DNA of 64,000 nt from an uncultured Actinomycetota bacterium (GTDB lineage Bacteria; Actinomycetota; Thermoleophilia; RBG-16-64-13). Position 1 is the stretch's first letter. Every line of letters starts with the position of its first letter. This document shows, piece by piece, positions 38,420 through 48,944 of the stretch. Below the pieces are notes generated by a model, which worked only from the letters and a program-made list of their open reading frames with translations, was not told the DNA's origin and ran no database searches. The stretch lies in NCBI GenBank assembly GCA_963843515.1, contig CAWJKH010000009.1, forward strand, positions 7,472-71,471, written 5' to 3'. Made by a program: the position numbers and the translations under genes.

Positions 38420-38464
38420 TTCCTATCGATGCGAGGCAAAGCGGAATGTGCCCGGGTGCACGTG

Positions 38465-39571
38465 TTAGTAAACCCAGGGGATGATCCGCTTCGGCACGCG
38501 CCGCTCGTACGCGGCCCACAAGTTCCCGTACTTGGCGGCGCAACGCCGCTCGTCCGCCCTCTCGCGAGGAAAGAGCAGCGCCACGTAGTACAGCGGGTAG
38601 AGCCACACAACCCAATATCCCGGGTAGCCCAGTGTCAAGGTCAGTCCGACCGCCATCAAGATCTCGCCCAGGTAGTTGACGTGCCGGGAGATGCCCCAGA
38701 ACCCGCCTGCCAGCAGGGAGTTGGTCCCGTCGGTGATCACGCGCGGCTTCATGAAGCCTAGGAATACCCGGTCCGGTTCCCGCTTGAAGGTGTACTTCTG
38801 CATGTTGGCGCCGCGGGACAGGCCCCACCCCGCGAAGAAGAGGACGGCGTAGAGAGCCAGGAGCCCGGTCGGCGTTCCGGGGTCGGGTTTGTCCGCCACC
38901 GCCCACAGGCCGACCGCGTAGAAGTAGGGATAGAAGGTGAAGCAGCCCCACCCCAGTTTGAACCCTACCCGCTCGGCGAAGATGTCGTACGAGTACAGGT
39001 GCACCCGTTCGAACACCAGGTAATCGATGATGAACCAGAAGAACAGAGCGCAGTAGAGACCTACTCCGGCGGAGGCCTCCGAGCCGAAGACCAGCACGTG
39101 GTGGGCCGTGAACGAGAGCAGGTTGAGCGCCAGCATGGTGGCACCGATCAGGTAGAGGAACATCTTGACGTCCACCCGCCGCCCCGCCCGGCTGCCGCGA
39201 CGGCCGAAGAACTGGGGGTTCTCCCAGCGGCCGAAATACAAGTCGGCAAGGAAGCTTCTACCGGTGCCGGGCGCGGGCAGGACCACGGCGACGCTGAAGA
39301 GTACGCCGAGGACGGCCGAGCCGATGAGCCCCGTCCAGCGGTGGGTCCAGAGCCAGTCCCAGGCGAAGACCCCTGTGCTGCCCAGCACCACCCATAGCAG
39401 CACCAGGGCGACAAGCACCAGGGGCCCGTTGAGCCGGTAGTGGAGCGGCTTCCCGGTGGCGGAGTCGGCGACGTAGCCTTTCACCCTCCGTGCCGGCAGC
39501 GCCAGGTGAAGCGCCAGGATGACGGCGTAGATGATCCAGGGGGCGAAGAAGCCGGCAACGAAGTCGGTCAT
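38465..39571 (-). CDS. ERG4/ERG24-family sterol-reductase homolog (polytopic membrane oxidoreductase)
   Basis: 'LLAGGFWGISRHVNYLGEILMAVG' and the C-terminal 'ERADERRCAAKYGNLWAAYERRVPKRIIPWVY' match the family signature. About eight TM helices. Confidence 0.8.
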   Translation of the reverse strand: MTDFVAGFFAPWIIYAVILALHLALPARRVKGYVADSATGKPLHYRLNGPLVLVALVLLWVVLGSTGVFAWDWLWTHRWTGLIGSAVLGVLFSVAVVLPAPGTGRSFLADLYFGRWENPQFFGRRGSRAGRRVDVKMFLYLIGATMLALNLLSFTAHHVLVFGSEASAGVGLYCALFFWFIIDYLVFERVHLYSYDIFAERVGFKLGWGCFTFYPYFYAVGLWAVADKPDPGTPTGLLALYAVLFFAGWGLSRGANMQKYTFKREPDRVFLGFMKPRVITDGTNSLLAGGFWGISRHVNYLGEILMAVGLTLTLGYPGYWVVWLYPLYYVALLFPRERADERRCAAKYGNLWAAYERRVPKRIIPWVY

Positions 39572-39696
39572 GACGGGTCCTCGGGAGTCGTCGGGCGGGG
39601 AGTCGCCGGCCCGGCGGGTGCCCCCGGCTCTGCCGGCGCGGCGGGCATCGCCGGCGCGGGGGCTCCGCAGGCGCGGCCGGCACCAGACCGGCGGTG

Positions 39697-40500
39697 TTAG
39701 TGGCCATGATAGCGATGGCCCTGCGCCGAGGAAGCAGACGGCCCATGACGACCCTCGCCACGCGATTCACCGTCCCCGGGACCACCACGGGGCCCCGGCC
39801 CAACGCCCGCAGACGCCTGCTCCACCACTGCTTCGGGCTCGAGGGTCCCAGGAGCGTCCTTCCCTGCCGAGGCGCCGGCATAGCCTGGCGTGCGCACGGC
39901 GCCGGCGCAGCAGGCGACCACATCCACACCTTTGTCCTTCAACTCATACCAGAGACCCTCGGCCAGCACACGGGTAAAGGCCTTGCTCGCTGCGTAGGTG
40001 GCGATGTACGGCGAGCCCTGCTCGCCGGCAAGAGAGGTCATCAGGATGACGCCTCCCCGGCCCCGTGCGGTCATGCCCGGCAGCAGTCCGTGCACCAACG
40101 ACACCGGGGCACGGATGTTCACCGCGGCCACGCGCAGGAGATCGTCGAGGGAGGTGGAGGCGAACTCGCCGATGGGGGCGTAGGCGGCGTTATAGACGAC
40201 CAGCCCCACGTCCAGTCCGGAGCAGGCTTCCAACAGGCCCTCCAGGAAGCGCCGCTCGCCGAGGTCTCCGTCGAGACAGCGGACCTCCACGGGGAACCGG
40301 CCAGCGAGTTCCTGTCGCAGCGCGTCGAGCGCGGGCCGATGGCGGGCGACCAGTACCAGGTCGAGTCCTCTCGCGGCCAGCGCGTGGGCGTACGCGGCCC
40401 CCAGTCCTTTCGATGCGCCCGCGACCAGCGCCCAGGGGCCGTAACGCCCGGCGAAGGATCCTCCAAGAAAGGCTGTTGTTGTCGGTCTCTTTCGACTCAT
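39697..40500 (-). CDS. SDR-family oxidoreductase
   Basis: 'VAGASKGLGAAYA' (TGxxxGxG-like), 'NAAY' and 'YAASKAF' (YxxxK). Confidence 0.85.
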   Translation of the reverse strand: MSRKRPTTTAFLGGSFAGRYGPWALVAGASKGLGAAYAHALAARGLDLVLVARHRPALDALRQELAGRFPVEVRCLDGDLGERRFLEGLLEACSGLDVGLVVYNAAYAPIGEFASTSLDDLLRVAAVNIRAPVSLVHGLLPGMTARGRGGVILMTSLAGEQGSPYIATYAASKAFTRVLAEGLWYELKDKGVDVVACCAGAVRTPGYAGASAGKDAPGTLEPEAVVEQASAGVGPGPRGGPGDGESRGEGRHGPSASSAQGHRYHGH

Positions 40501-40544
40501 GAGCCTCTCGGAGCATAGCGAAGGCTATCCCCAGCTGTCTATAC

Positions 40545-40937
40545 TTGACGAAAGTCAACCACTTGACGGCCCTCCTGGTCTATCGTATTGACGGACGGCG
40601 CGATGCCCCACGGGAGGGGCGCGGTCGACATCAGAACGGGGGTGGCAACATAGACCGCCGGACTTTCATCTTCGCATCGGTGCTCTCGGCCTTGGCCCCC
40701 TTGGGCGCCGGCGTCGCTCGGAAATGGGAGGCGGCCGCGACCGCCGCGGCACCGACTGTGCGTCCGCAGGCTCAGGGCAACAGCTCGCTGGTTTGCGGGG
40801 GCTGCGGACAGCCCGGCCATAGCGCACTCGATCCCGGTTGCCCGGCTGTCTCGCGGCAAGCCTCGGCGGTCCAGGCGGCTGCGCGTCTGCGCGCCGCGGG
40901 AATGGGGGCGGCCGGTAGCGGGACGGCTGACTCGTGA
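40545..40937 (+). CDS. small Tat-signal protein with a Cys/His motif; start unresolved
   Basis: 'DRRTFIFASVLSALAPLGAGVA' looks like a Tat signal. 'CGGCGQPGHSALDPGC' follows. G+C at third codon positions is high after ~40650. An ATG at 40603 in another frame may be the true start if there is an indel. Confidence 0.35.
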   Translation: MTKVNHLTALLVYRIDGRRDAPREGRGRHQNGGGNIDRRTFIFASVLSALAPLGAGVARKWEAAATAAAPTVRPQAQGNSSLVCGGCGQPGHSALDPGCPAVSRQASAVQAAARLRAAGMGAAGSGTADS

Positions 40938-43619
40938 GCCTCACGCGCCGGCAATTCCTCAAGGGGACGGCCGCCGTAGCTGGGACCGTCGCCGCAGGAG
41001 CGGCCCTCGGCGGAGCCGCGGACCGCGTGCTGGCGGGCCGCGACGACCCGATCCGCTCCCTGCCCGTCGACCGGGTGGTGCGGACCACCTGCTCCCCCAA
41101 CTGCACGGGCTCCTGCGGGCAGCTCGCCTTCGTGCGCGACGGCAACATCGTCAAGGTCCAGCAGGCGGCGGACTACCCCGATACGGTCTACAACCCGCGG
41201 GGCTGTATGAAGGGGATCTCCTATCACCTGCTGGTCCACGGGCCGGACCGCATCAAGACACCTCTGGTGCGCGACGGCGACCGGGGGTCCGGCAAGTTCC
41301 GGCAGGCCACGTGGGAGGAAGTCCTCGACCGCATCGCCTCCGAGTTCAAGCGCATCGGGGATTCGTGGGGATGGGAAAGCATCCACGTGTTCGGGCAGGT
41401 CCCGGGGTCCGGTTACATCCAAAAGGGGGCGAACTACCGCGCCTGCGCCGCGCTGGGCATGACCCACGGCACCAGCTTCGACTTCAACGGCGACCTGCCC
41501 ATGGGCATGCCTATCACCTTCGGGGTCCAGAACGCCGAGCATGAGGCCAAGGACTGGGCCAACAGCCGGTTCATCCTGGCCATCGGGGCCAACCCGCTGG
41601 AGACGCGCATCCCCGATGCCCACTTCATCGAGGACGCCCTGGAGAAGGGGGCCCGCCTGGTGGTGGTCGACCCCACCTTCTCTTCCACGGCATCCAAGGC
41701 CGACGCCTGGATCCAGATCAAGCCCGGTACCGACGCCGCCTTCGGGCTGGCGATGTGCAAGCGGGTGATCGACGCGGGCAAGGCCGATTGGGACTTCATG
41801 CGCACGTACACCGACGCGCCGCTGCTCGTGCGGGCGGATACCCACAAGCGACTGCGCGCCGACGAGCTCGCGCTCGGGCAGGCCCGCGACCCCGGATCGG
41901 CCATGGGCGTGGGTCTTGGCAACTACGGCCGCAAAGCTCTCCCCGTGGGCACGGCGCCCGAAGTCCCGGGAACGGTCCCGCCGGCCGCCGATGCTCCACC
42001 GGCCCCGCGCTTCGTGGTCTGGGACAGCGCCGCCAAACAGCCGGTGATCGTCGGCACGGAGAGGCTGGGCATGCCCGCCGGGGTCGACGCCGCGCTGGAG
42101 GGCAGCTTCACCGTGACCCTCGCCGACGGCACCCAAGCTGAGGTCACCCCCGGATTCGCCCTGGTCCGAGCGGGGCTGGAAGTCCTGGACCCCGGAGCAT
42201 GCCGCGGAGATCACCGGGATCCCGGCCGACGACATCGTGCGCGTCGCCGACGCGTATGCGGCCGACCACCCGGCTGCCATCATCATGGGCGGCGGCACCA
42301 ACCACTGGTTCCACGGCGACCTCAACGGCCGCGCCCTGGCTCTGCTGGCCTCCCTCACGGGCAACATAGGGCGCTCCGGGGGCGGGTTCTCCGTCTATGT
42401 GGGCCAGTACAAGGTGCGGGTCGACACCTCTCCCTGGTGGAACATCGGCGACAAGAGGGCCAAGGTCGTCCCCAGCATCTACTTCACCCGGGGACGCTCC
42501 GACACCATGAACGAGACCGTCCCCTACCCCAAGAACGGGTGGAAGGCGCTGTTCTGCACGTTCGCGAACATGTTCATCCAGTCCATGGACGTCAATCGGC
42601 TCCATGAGACCCTCGCCGGCTGCGAGCTGGTGGTGGTCATGGACCACCAGATGACCGACACGGTCAAGTGGGCCGACATCGTCCTGCCGGCCACCACCTG
42701 GTACGAAAAGACCGACCTCACCGCCACCCCCCTCCACCCCTATCTGCAGATACAGCAGCCAGCGATACCGCCCGTCGGCGAGGCCCGGTCCGAGCTATGG
42801 GTGTGGCAAGAGCTGGTGAAGCGGATCGACCCAGCCATGTTCGCCGAGTCGTTCAACATGACCGAAGAGCAGGCCATCACGGCCATCCTCGAGAAGGGCG
42901 GATCCAAAGGAGGGCCCACCGAAGGGATCACGCTGGACCAGCTCAAGGCCGGTCCGGTCCGCCTGAAGGTCCCCGATCCCGACGTGGCCTTCGTCCGCCA
43001 GGTCAACGAGCTGCTGCCCTTCCCGCCGCGGTCGCTCCCGGCGGCGCTGGCGGCGACGGCGGTGTTCATCCCCACCAGGCGCATCGAGTTCTACAAGGAG
43101 GAGAACCGCTTCATCGAGGCCGGCGAGACCGTCCCCACCTACAAGCCGCCTTTCGACGATGGTATCCACGACCCCGCGCAATACCCTTTCGCGCTCCTGT
43201 CCCCGCACTCCAAGTGGCGCATACATTCCAGCTACGCGAACGTGGCCTGGTTGAACGAGATCACCTCGGGCAGGGCACCGGTGCTTCTCAACCCACAGAG
43301 CGCGGCCGAGAAGGGCATCGCGGAGGGCGACCTGATCGAGTTGGCCAACACCCGCGGCTCCGTCCGTGCGTGGGCCCACCTGACCGAGGCGGCCCTTCCC
43401 GGCACCGCCACCCTTTTTGAGGGGTGGTGGAGCTCGCAGCTCGGCGGGGGGAAGAGCGTCAACGAACTGACATCCTCCGAAGTCAATCCCATCCATGAGA
43501 TCCACTTCGTCCCCAACATGTGGTCTCCGTCGACCGCCTGGAAGGATTGCCGGTGCCAGGTGACCCGCGTGAGCGGCGGCGAGGCGGTCGCGGCCGGCAA
43601 GGAGGCGGCCCATGCCTGA
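40934..43619 (+). pseudogene. Tat-exported molybdopterin oxidoreductase catalytic subunit (DMSO-reductase family, Psr/Dms-like), interrupted by a +1 frame change near 42182
   Basis: 'RRQFLKG' Tat signal. 'CSPNCTGSCG...GCMKG' FeS motif. Frame 2 reads to '...FALVRAGLE'. The conserved 'WTPEHAAEITGIPADDIVRVA...GGGTNHW' then continues in frame 0 (the ORF-track entries 40934-42607 and 42237-43619). Confidence 0.85.
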
Positions 43620-44325
43620 CAAGGTGTCACCCATCGATGCCCTGTCCCCAGCGTCTCGCGCCTACGGCGAGATCGGGCCGGTGTCGAACAATCCGCGGTG
43701 GGCCATGGTGGTCGATCAGGAACGCTGCATAGGCTGCTGGTCGTGCTGCGTCATCTGCAAGTCGGAGAACGATGTGCCCCTGGGCATGTGGTGGAACCGC
43801 ATCAACACCGTTGGCGACGCGCTCGATACCCCCTACCTGGAGCAGGGGAAGCTCGCCATGCACTGGCTGCCACTGGCCTGTCAGCACTGCGAGAACCCGG
43901 CGTGCACCAAGGTGTGCCCTGTGAAGGCCACGTACCCGCGCGAGGATGGCCTGGTGATGCAGGATTCAGAGCGGTGCATCGGCTGCCGCTACTGCCTGGT
44001 GGCGTGCCCGTATGGAGTGCGCACGTTCAACTGGGGACACGCGGAGCGGCCCACCGATTTCAACACCGGCATGGTGGCGCCAAGGCCCATCGGGACCATG
44101 GAGAAGTGCACATTCTGCGTCCACAGACTCCCCGACGGACAGATCCCCTCTTGTGTGTGGTCGTGCCCCGGCCAGGCCCGCATCTTCGGCGACCTCAACG
44201 ATCCTGACAGCCGGGTGAGCCGGCTCATCCGCGATCGGGGCGGCTACCAGTTGCTGGAGGAACGGGGCACCGACCCGTGCGTCCTCTACCTTCCTCCGCG
44301 CCGCAAGAGGGGGTTGGAGCCGTGA
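43612..44325 (+). CDS. 4Fe-4S ferredoxin-type electron-transfer subunit (PsrB/DmsB-like)
   Basis: Four Cys clusters: 'CIGCWSCCVICK', 'CQHCENPACTKVCP', 'CIGCRYCLVACP' and 'CTFCVHR'. Confidence 0.9.
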   Translation: MPDKVSPIDALSPASRAYGEIGPVSNNPRWAMVVDQERCIGCWSCCVICKSENDVPLGMWWNRINTVGDALDTPYLEQGKLAMHWLPLACQHCENPACTKVCPVKATYPREDGLVMQDSERCIGCRYCLVACPYGVRTFNWGHAERPTDFNTGMVAPRPIGTMEKCTFCVHRLPDGQIPSCVWSCPGQARIFGDLNDPDSRVSRLIRDRGGYQLLEERGTDPCVLYLPPRRKRGLEP

Positions 44326-45644
44326 GCAGCGCCCAACCCGTGCAAGCGGGCGCTTCAGGCGCTTCGGGCGCTCCCATGACGCCATCCGTCGCGGCTACCA
44401 CGGCCGGCGAAGGGCGCGGTCGCGCCCGGCTGATATGGGTGACGGTCATCTGCCTGGGGCTGGCCGCCGGAATCGGAGCCTGGATCTACCAGTTGTCCAA
44501 CGGGCTTGCCGTCACCAATATGCGGAACCCCACCATGTGGGGCCTCTACATCACCCTCTTCATGTTCTTCGTGGGTCTGTCGGCGGGCGGGCTGATCGTG
44601 GCTTCGGCCGGCCGGCTGTTCGGCGGAGTGCAGGTGAAGCCCATCGTCCGTCTCGCCGTGCTGGAGGCAACCGTCGCCGTCATGTTGGCGGCGCTGTTCC
44701 TGCTGCCCGACATGGGCCGACCGGACCGGCTGTGGCACCTCATCCGCTACCCGAACTTCACATCGCCGATGGTGTGGGACATCACCATCGTCATCATCTA
44801 CTTCATCATCTCGCTGCTCTACGTGTGGGTCTATACCCGCGCCGACAATGCCGAGCGCCGCAGCTGGTTGGCCTTCGGCACCGGCACCTCGCCGGCCGAC
44901 TACCAGCGCGACGAGCGCATGAAGACGGTGCTCGCGGCCATAGGGCTGCCCGCCGCGATCCTGCTCCATTCCATCACTGCCTGGATCTTCGGGCTGCAGA
45001 TCGGCCGCGCCTTCTGGTACACCGCTCTCATGGCGCCCCTGTTCATCACGTCGGCGCTAGTCTCGGGTACCGCCCTCATGATCCTACTGGCCCTCGTCGT
45101 GCGGGGGGTGGGCCGGATATCGTTCGGGTCCGACCTCGTGGCCTTCATGGCCAAGTTGCTGGCGATCTTTGTGGCCGTGGAAGTGTTTCTGGTGTTCTGC
45201 GAGATGCTGACCGCCGCCTACGCTGGCGCAGCATTCGAGGCGGACCCCATAGCCCGCCTGCTTACCGGTCGCTTCAGCCCCCTCTTCTGGTTCGAGATCG
45301 TCATTGGACTGCTGGTGCCGTTCGTACTGCTGGTCGTTCCGAAGTGGAGATTGCGGGCCAGCCTGGTGGCCATCGCCTCGGTCCTCGCCGTGATTGGCAT
45401 ATTCGCCCACCGGCTCAACATCATCCTCAACGGCCTCACCTTCGCCACCATCCCATATCCCCCCGGAGTCTCCATCGGGACGCCGCAACCTGCCGGGACG
45501 GACTCGTTCGCGTTGAGTCTCCCGTATCTACCCAGCTGGGTGGAGTGGCTGGTCGCTTTGGGCGTGCTCTGCTTCGGGGCCCTTGTCTTGACGGCTGCGG
45601 TCATCTGGCTTCCACTGCGAGAGAAGGCCCACTCGACAGACTGA
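44322..45644 (+). CDS. NrfD/PsrC-family polytopic membrane anchor subunit
   Basis: GTG at 44322 overlaps the preceding stop (GTGA). About ten TM helices. 'MWGLYITLFMFFVGLSAGG' is typical of NrfD. Confidence 0.8.
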   Translation: MSSAQPVQAGASGASGAPMTPSVAATTAGEGRGRARLIWVTVICLGLAAGIGAWIYQLSNGLAVTNMRNPTMWGLYITLFMFFVGLSAGGLIVASAGRLFGGVQVKPIVRLAVLEATVAVMLAALFLLPDMGRPDRLWHLIRYPNFTSPMVWDITIVIIYFIISLLYVWVYTRADNAERRSWLAFGTGTSPADYQRDERMKTVLAAIGLPAAILLHSITAWIFGLQIGRAFWYTALMAPLFITSALVSGTALMILLALVVRGVGRISFGSDLVAFMAKLLAIFVAVEVFLVFCEMLTAAYAGAAFEADPIARLLTGRFSPLFWFEIVIGLLVPFVLLVVPKWRLRASLVAIASVLAVIGIFAHRLNIILNGLTFATIPYPPGVSIGTPQPAGTDSFALSLPYLPSWVEWLVALGVLCFGALVLTAAVIWLPLREKAHSTD

Positions 45645-45810
45645 GCCAGCCGGCGGGGCCGAAGGCCGCCGGGCTAAGCGGGCGGGCGTGGTCGGCGACG
45701 GGTGCCGCGCGCCGCCTCAGCCTCAGCCTAAGCCTAAGCCGCCAGGACCAGGAAGGATACCTGGCCGCGATGCAGAATCGCGGATTGACACCCGCAGCCA
45801 GGGAGGCACC

Positions 45811-46565
45811 GTGAGGAAGCTCGAGACCGATCTGTCCATCCTGCGCAAGTTCGAGTTCGAGCACTCGCCCGTCGGCGTGAAGTTTCTCTTCAGCCGGCCT
45901 GAAGGCATCGAGAGGCTGGACAAGCCAGCCGCCATCTGCGAGATGATCCGGATAGCCCAGGAGAGAAGCGCGGCCTTCTATGTTTCCCAGAACGAGGAGG
46001 GTTGTTTCGGCACCGTCGTCTTGGGGATGCGAGACGCGCCCGTTTGGGCGGAGGCAGGCCTATTGGGCGAGAAGTTCGGTGTTTACGAGGAGCCCCGGGC
46101 CAACGAGCGGATATACCAGCATATGCCCGAAGCTTGAGAAGGGCACGGTGAACTACGCGGCTTTCGCCTCGCTGGACGCCCTCGATTTCGAGCCCGACCT
46201 GCTCATCCTGATGGCCACTCCCTCCCAAGCGGAGGTCGTGCTCCGGGCGATGAGCTACTCGACCGGCGAGCTGTGGGAGAGCAAGAAGACCCCGGTGCTG
46301 AGTTGCGCCTGGATCTTCGCCTACCCGTGGCTCACCGGGAAGGTCAACTACATGATCACCGGGATGGGCTTTGGATCGAAGGCCCGGGAGGCGCTGCCCG
46401 AGGGCTGGATGCTGATCTCCATCCCCTGGGACAAGATCCCGGTGATCATCACCGAGCCTGGAGAAGATGACGTGGGTCTTGCCGGCCTACACGGAGGGTC
46501 GGGAGAAGTTCATGGAGAGGGAGGCGCGGGTGAGAGAGGAAGCAGCCCGAGCGGCACCCGGATGA
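45811..46565 (+). pseudogene. DUF169-family protein, interrupted by two +1 frame changes (about 46129 and 46457)
   Basis: GTG follows GGGAGG. Segment 1 ends '...ERIYQHMP'. Segment 2 reads 'KLEKGTVNYAAFASL...PDLLILMATPSQAEVVLRA...IPVIITE'. Segment 3 reads 'LEKMTWVLPAYTEGREKFMEREARV...'. Each segment has high G+C at third codon positions only in its own frame. Confidence 0.7.
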
Positions 46566-46606
46566 GGCTCTAGCTGTGCAAGAGTCACTACCAGGGGGAA
46601 GGCACT

Positions 46607-48944
46607 ATGCGTGTGACGCGAACTAACCTGTTCCTTGCCGCCGCGGCCGCCGCACTCCTCGCTCTTGCACAGCCAGCCTTCGCAGACACTTCCACAACCC
46701 TGCCCGCAACTCCGTGGATCACGCAGCCCTCAGACAGTGCGGACACGGTGGTCGAGCCCAACCCGGACCCCGGCACCTCCGAGCGGAAATCGGCCGATGC
46801 AAGGTTCCCAGTACTATTCGCAGACGATGTCAAGCCACAGGACGTGATTACCCTCGATCTGCTCGGCATTTCGCTGGCGGCCGGGGACGACACTAAGAAA
46901 GTTGTGCCTCTGGACTACGGTGCCTTCGCTCTATCTGCCAGCACCGGCGGGCAGCTCACAGTTGACGCGGCCTACCGGGCGGAAGTCGTGGTTACGATAG
47001 CGTTCTCCGCGATTCAGTCTCCCGGGACCTACACTTTGAATCTGCGCGCCTCGGCCCCCTCGTCCTCGCAACTGCCTCCCCAGACGATTGCGGTGCAGGT
47101 TATCATCCCCTCAGCAGCTGCGACCGTCCCGTCTGACTTTAGAATTGTGCATGCCCGTCCCTTCTGGGGTTTCTTGGGAGGGACAAAGGACGAGGACCTG
47201 CCGGCCTTGACCATTCGCGAAACAACCGGCAAGGCCCCGATAGTTTCCCCGCAGCTCGAGCACGGCGCCTTCCTAGACCCCAATGGCAAGCCGGTCGACG
47301 GCGATGTTGAGGTGGGCGAGGTGACGGCAGTCAACAGTGGTAGCGAGACATCAGCATCCATCAAGTCTGTGATGGACTTCCCCCTCGGGACTGCCAGCGC
47401 CATCGTCACGATGCAGGCCGCCGAGTTGTCTGCCCTTCAACAATTCAAGATCCAGGTTCTCGAGCGAAATTCCCGGATATGGATCTTCTTCATGACCTTC
47501 CTCGGGGTGATTGCTGGGCTGACCGTCAGGTCCGTCCTCGGGCCTTTGATCGATCTTAATAAGGCGAAGGAGGGCCCGGATCGCTTGACGAAGGAAATAA
47601 AGACGCGAGTGGGTAATGACCCGCTGATTAGTGAGAGATTGAATGACATAATCGTTACCTTGAACGGCGAAAACGAAGTCCTCATAAACGAAGTCAGTAC
47701 CAGGAGCCAGGCCTCAGGAACATCCCAATGGCTCCACAAGATGCGCCTCAGGAAGCTCGCGATCTTTGTCTACGAGGCTGGAAATGCTCAGCCGCTCACC
47801 GAACGCTGGCAGAACGCGGTCGGTGCCGCCCAGACGCGGGCCAATGCACTGCTCGAGTATCAGTATGGACGTCTGGACACGGCTAGGGCAGGATTGATTG
47901 GTCTCCAGCGGGCCATGAACACATTGCAGAACCGCGGAACTGGCCTTCCGAAGCCAGATCAGACAGTGCTGGGCGCTTTGCGGAAGCGACTGCCCACATA
48001 CCTCGTACTGAGCAACGTCGGAGAGGCTTTGAAGCAAGAAGACGAGATCGCCTGGGAACTCGCCGACTACATTTACGCAACGGTACGCTCTCCCCTGGCA
48101 GTCTATCCTGGGAAGGCTCCTCCGCCAGATAGCGGACCAGGGAGGCCTTCCCGCGTTCCAGCAGGACGAAATCGATGCGACTTTGAAGTCATGGCCAAGC
48201 GTTGTCCCACCCATATCGGAGGCAGACCAAAGCGCATTGATAACAAATGCCTTGGACAACCTTGGTGTCGTCGCGCGAACCGTGAGTTGGGTAGGGCATT
48301 TGGAGGGCGAACTAATAGCGGTGGCAGACACAGTGAGGGACATGCTGGTTGAAAAGGGTGCCAGCAGCGACGCGCTCACGGAACTCATCAATCGTGTCAA
48401 TTCGTACACTGACGGGCTCTCAGCGGCGGTGCCGGACCCCGACGGCCCAGCTGCGGACCAAGCCCTCAGTCTAGCGCGCGACCTGCTCCAGAACTGGACA
48501 ATGGTGCTCGATGACGGCACACCAAGGACAAGAGATAACCTCACTAGTCACAAGTACGTGGAAGCGGCGCGAACCTTTGTGAAGCCTGGCATCGCGGCTT
48601 TTTCGCCCCAGAGCTACGACTCACTGCCCGCGCTAATGCCGATAACCAAGGGCATGGTGGTCTCGGAGGAAACTTGGAGGCCGTCTCTGATCATCCCTGT
48701 CGTGCCCAAGAGTCATGAGCGAATCACCCGGACCGCTCGAGAAAACCGACCTGTTCTCACACTCTACAAGGCCCTATGGATGGCCATTCTCGTGGGTCTG
48801 ATCTTCCTGGCGATTTGGGTGCTCCGAGTGGACACATTTGTCGGAACTCCCGCGGAGTTGATACTCATCTTTCTTGGCGCCTTCGCAATCGATTTGAGCA
48901 CCTACAAGGTGCCCGAGTTCTTCGGCTCAGTCCTTCGCATTTGA
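46607..48944 (+). pseudogene. large (~780 aa) secreted/membrane hypothetical protein, +1 frame change near 48083
   Basis: Signal peptide 'AAAAALLALAQPAFA|DT'. ~270-aa extracytoplasmic region, TM 'IWIFFMTFLGVIAGL', ~400-aa helical region, and two C-terminal TMs. Frame 2 reads to '...ADYIYAT', then frame 0 reads 'YALPWQSILGRLLRQIADQ...'. G+C is lower than in neighbouring genes. Confidence 0.6.

Noticed and set aside
45715-45740. Hexanucleotide tandem repeat CCTCAG CCTCAG CCTAAG CCTAAG between the NrfD and DUF169 genes
   Set aside because: It is real but short (four units), intergenic and without an obvious function. It is probably slippage-derived, so I do not report it as a feature.
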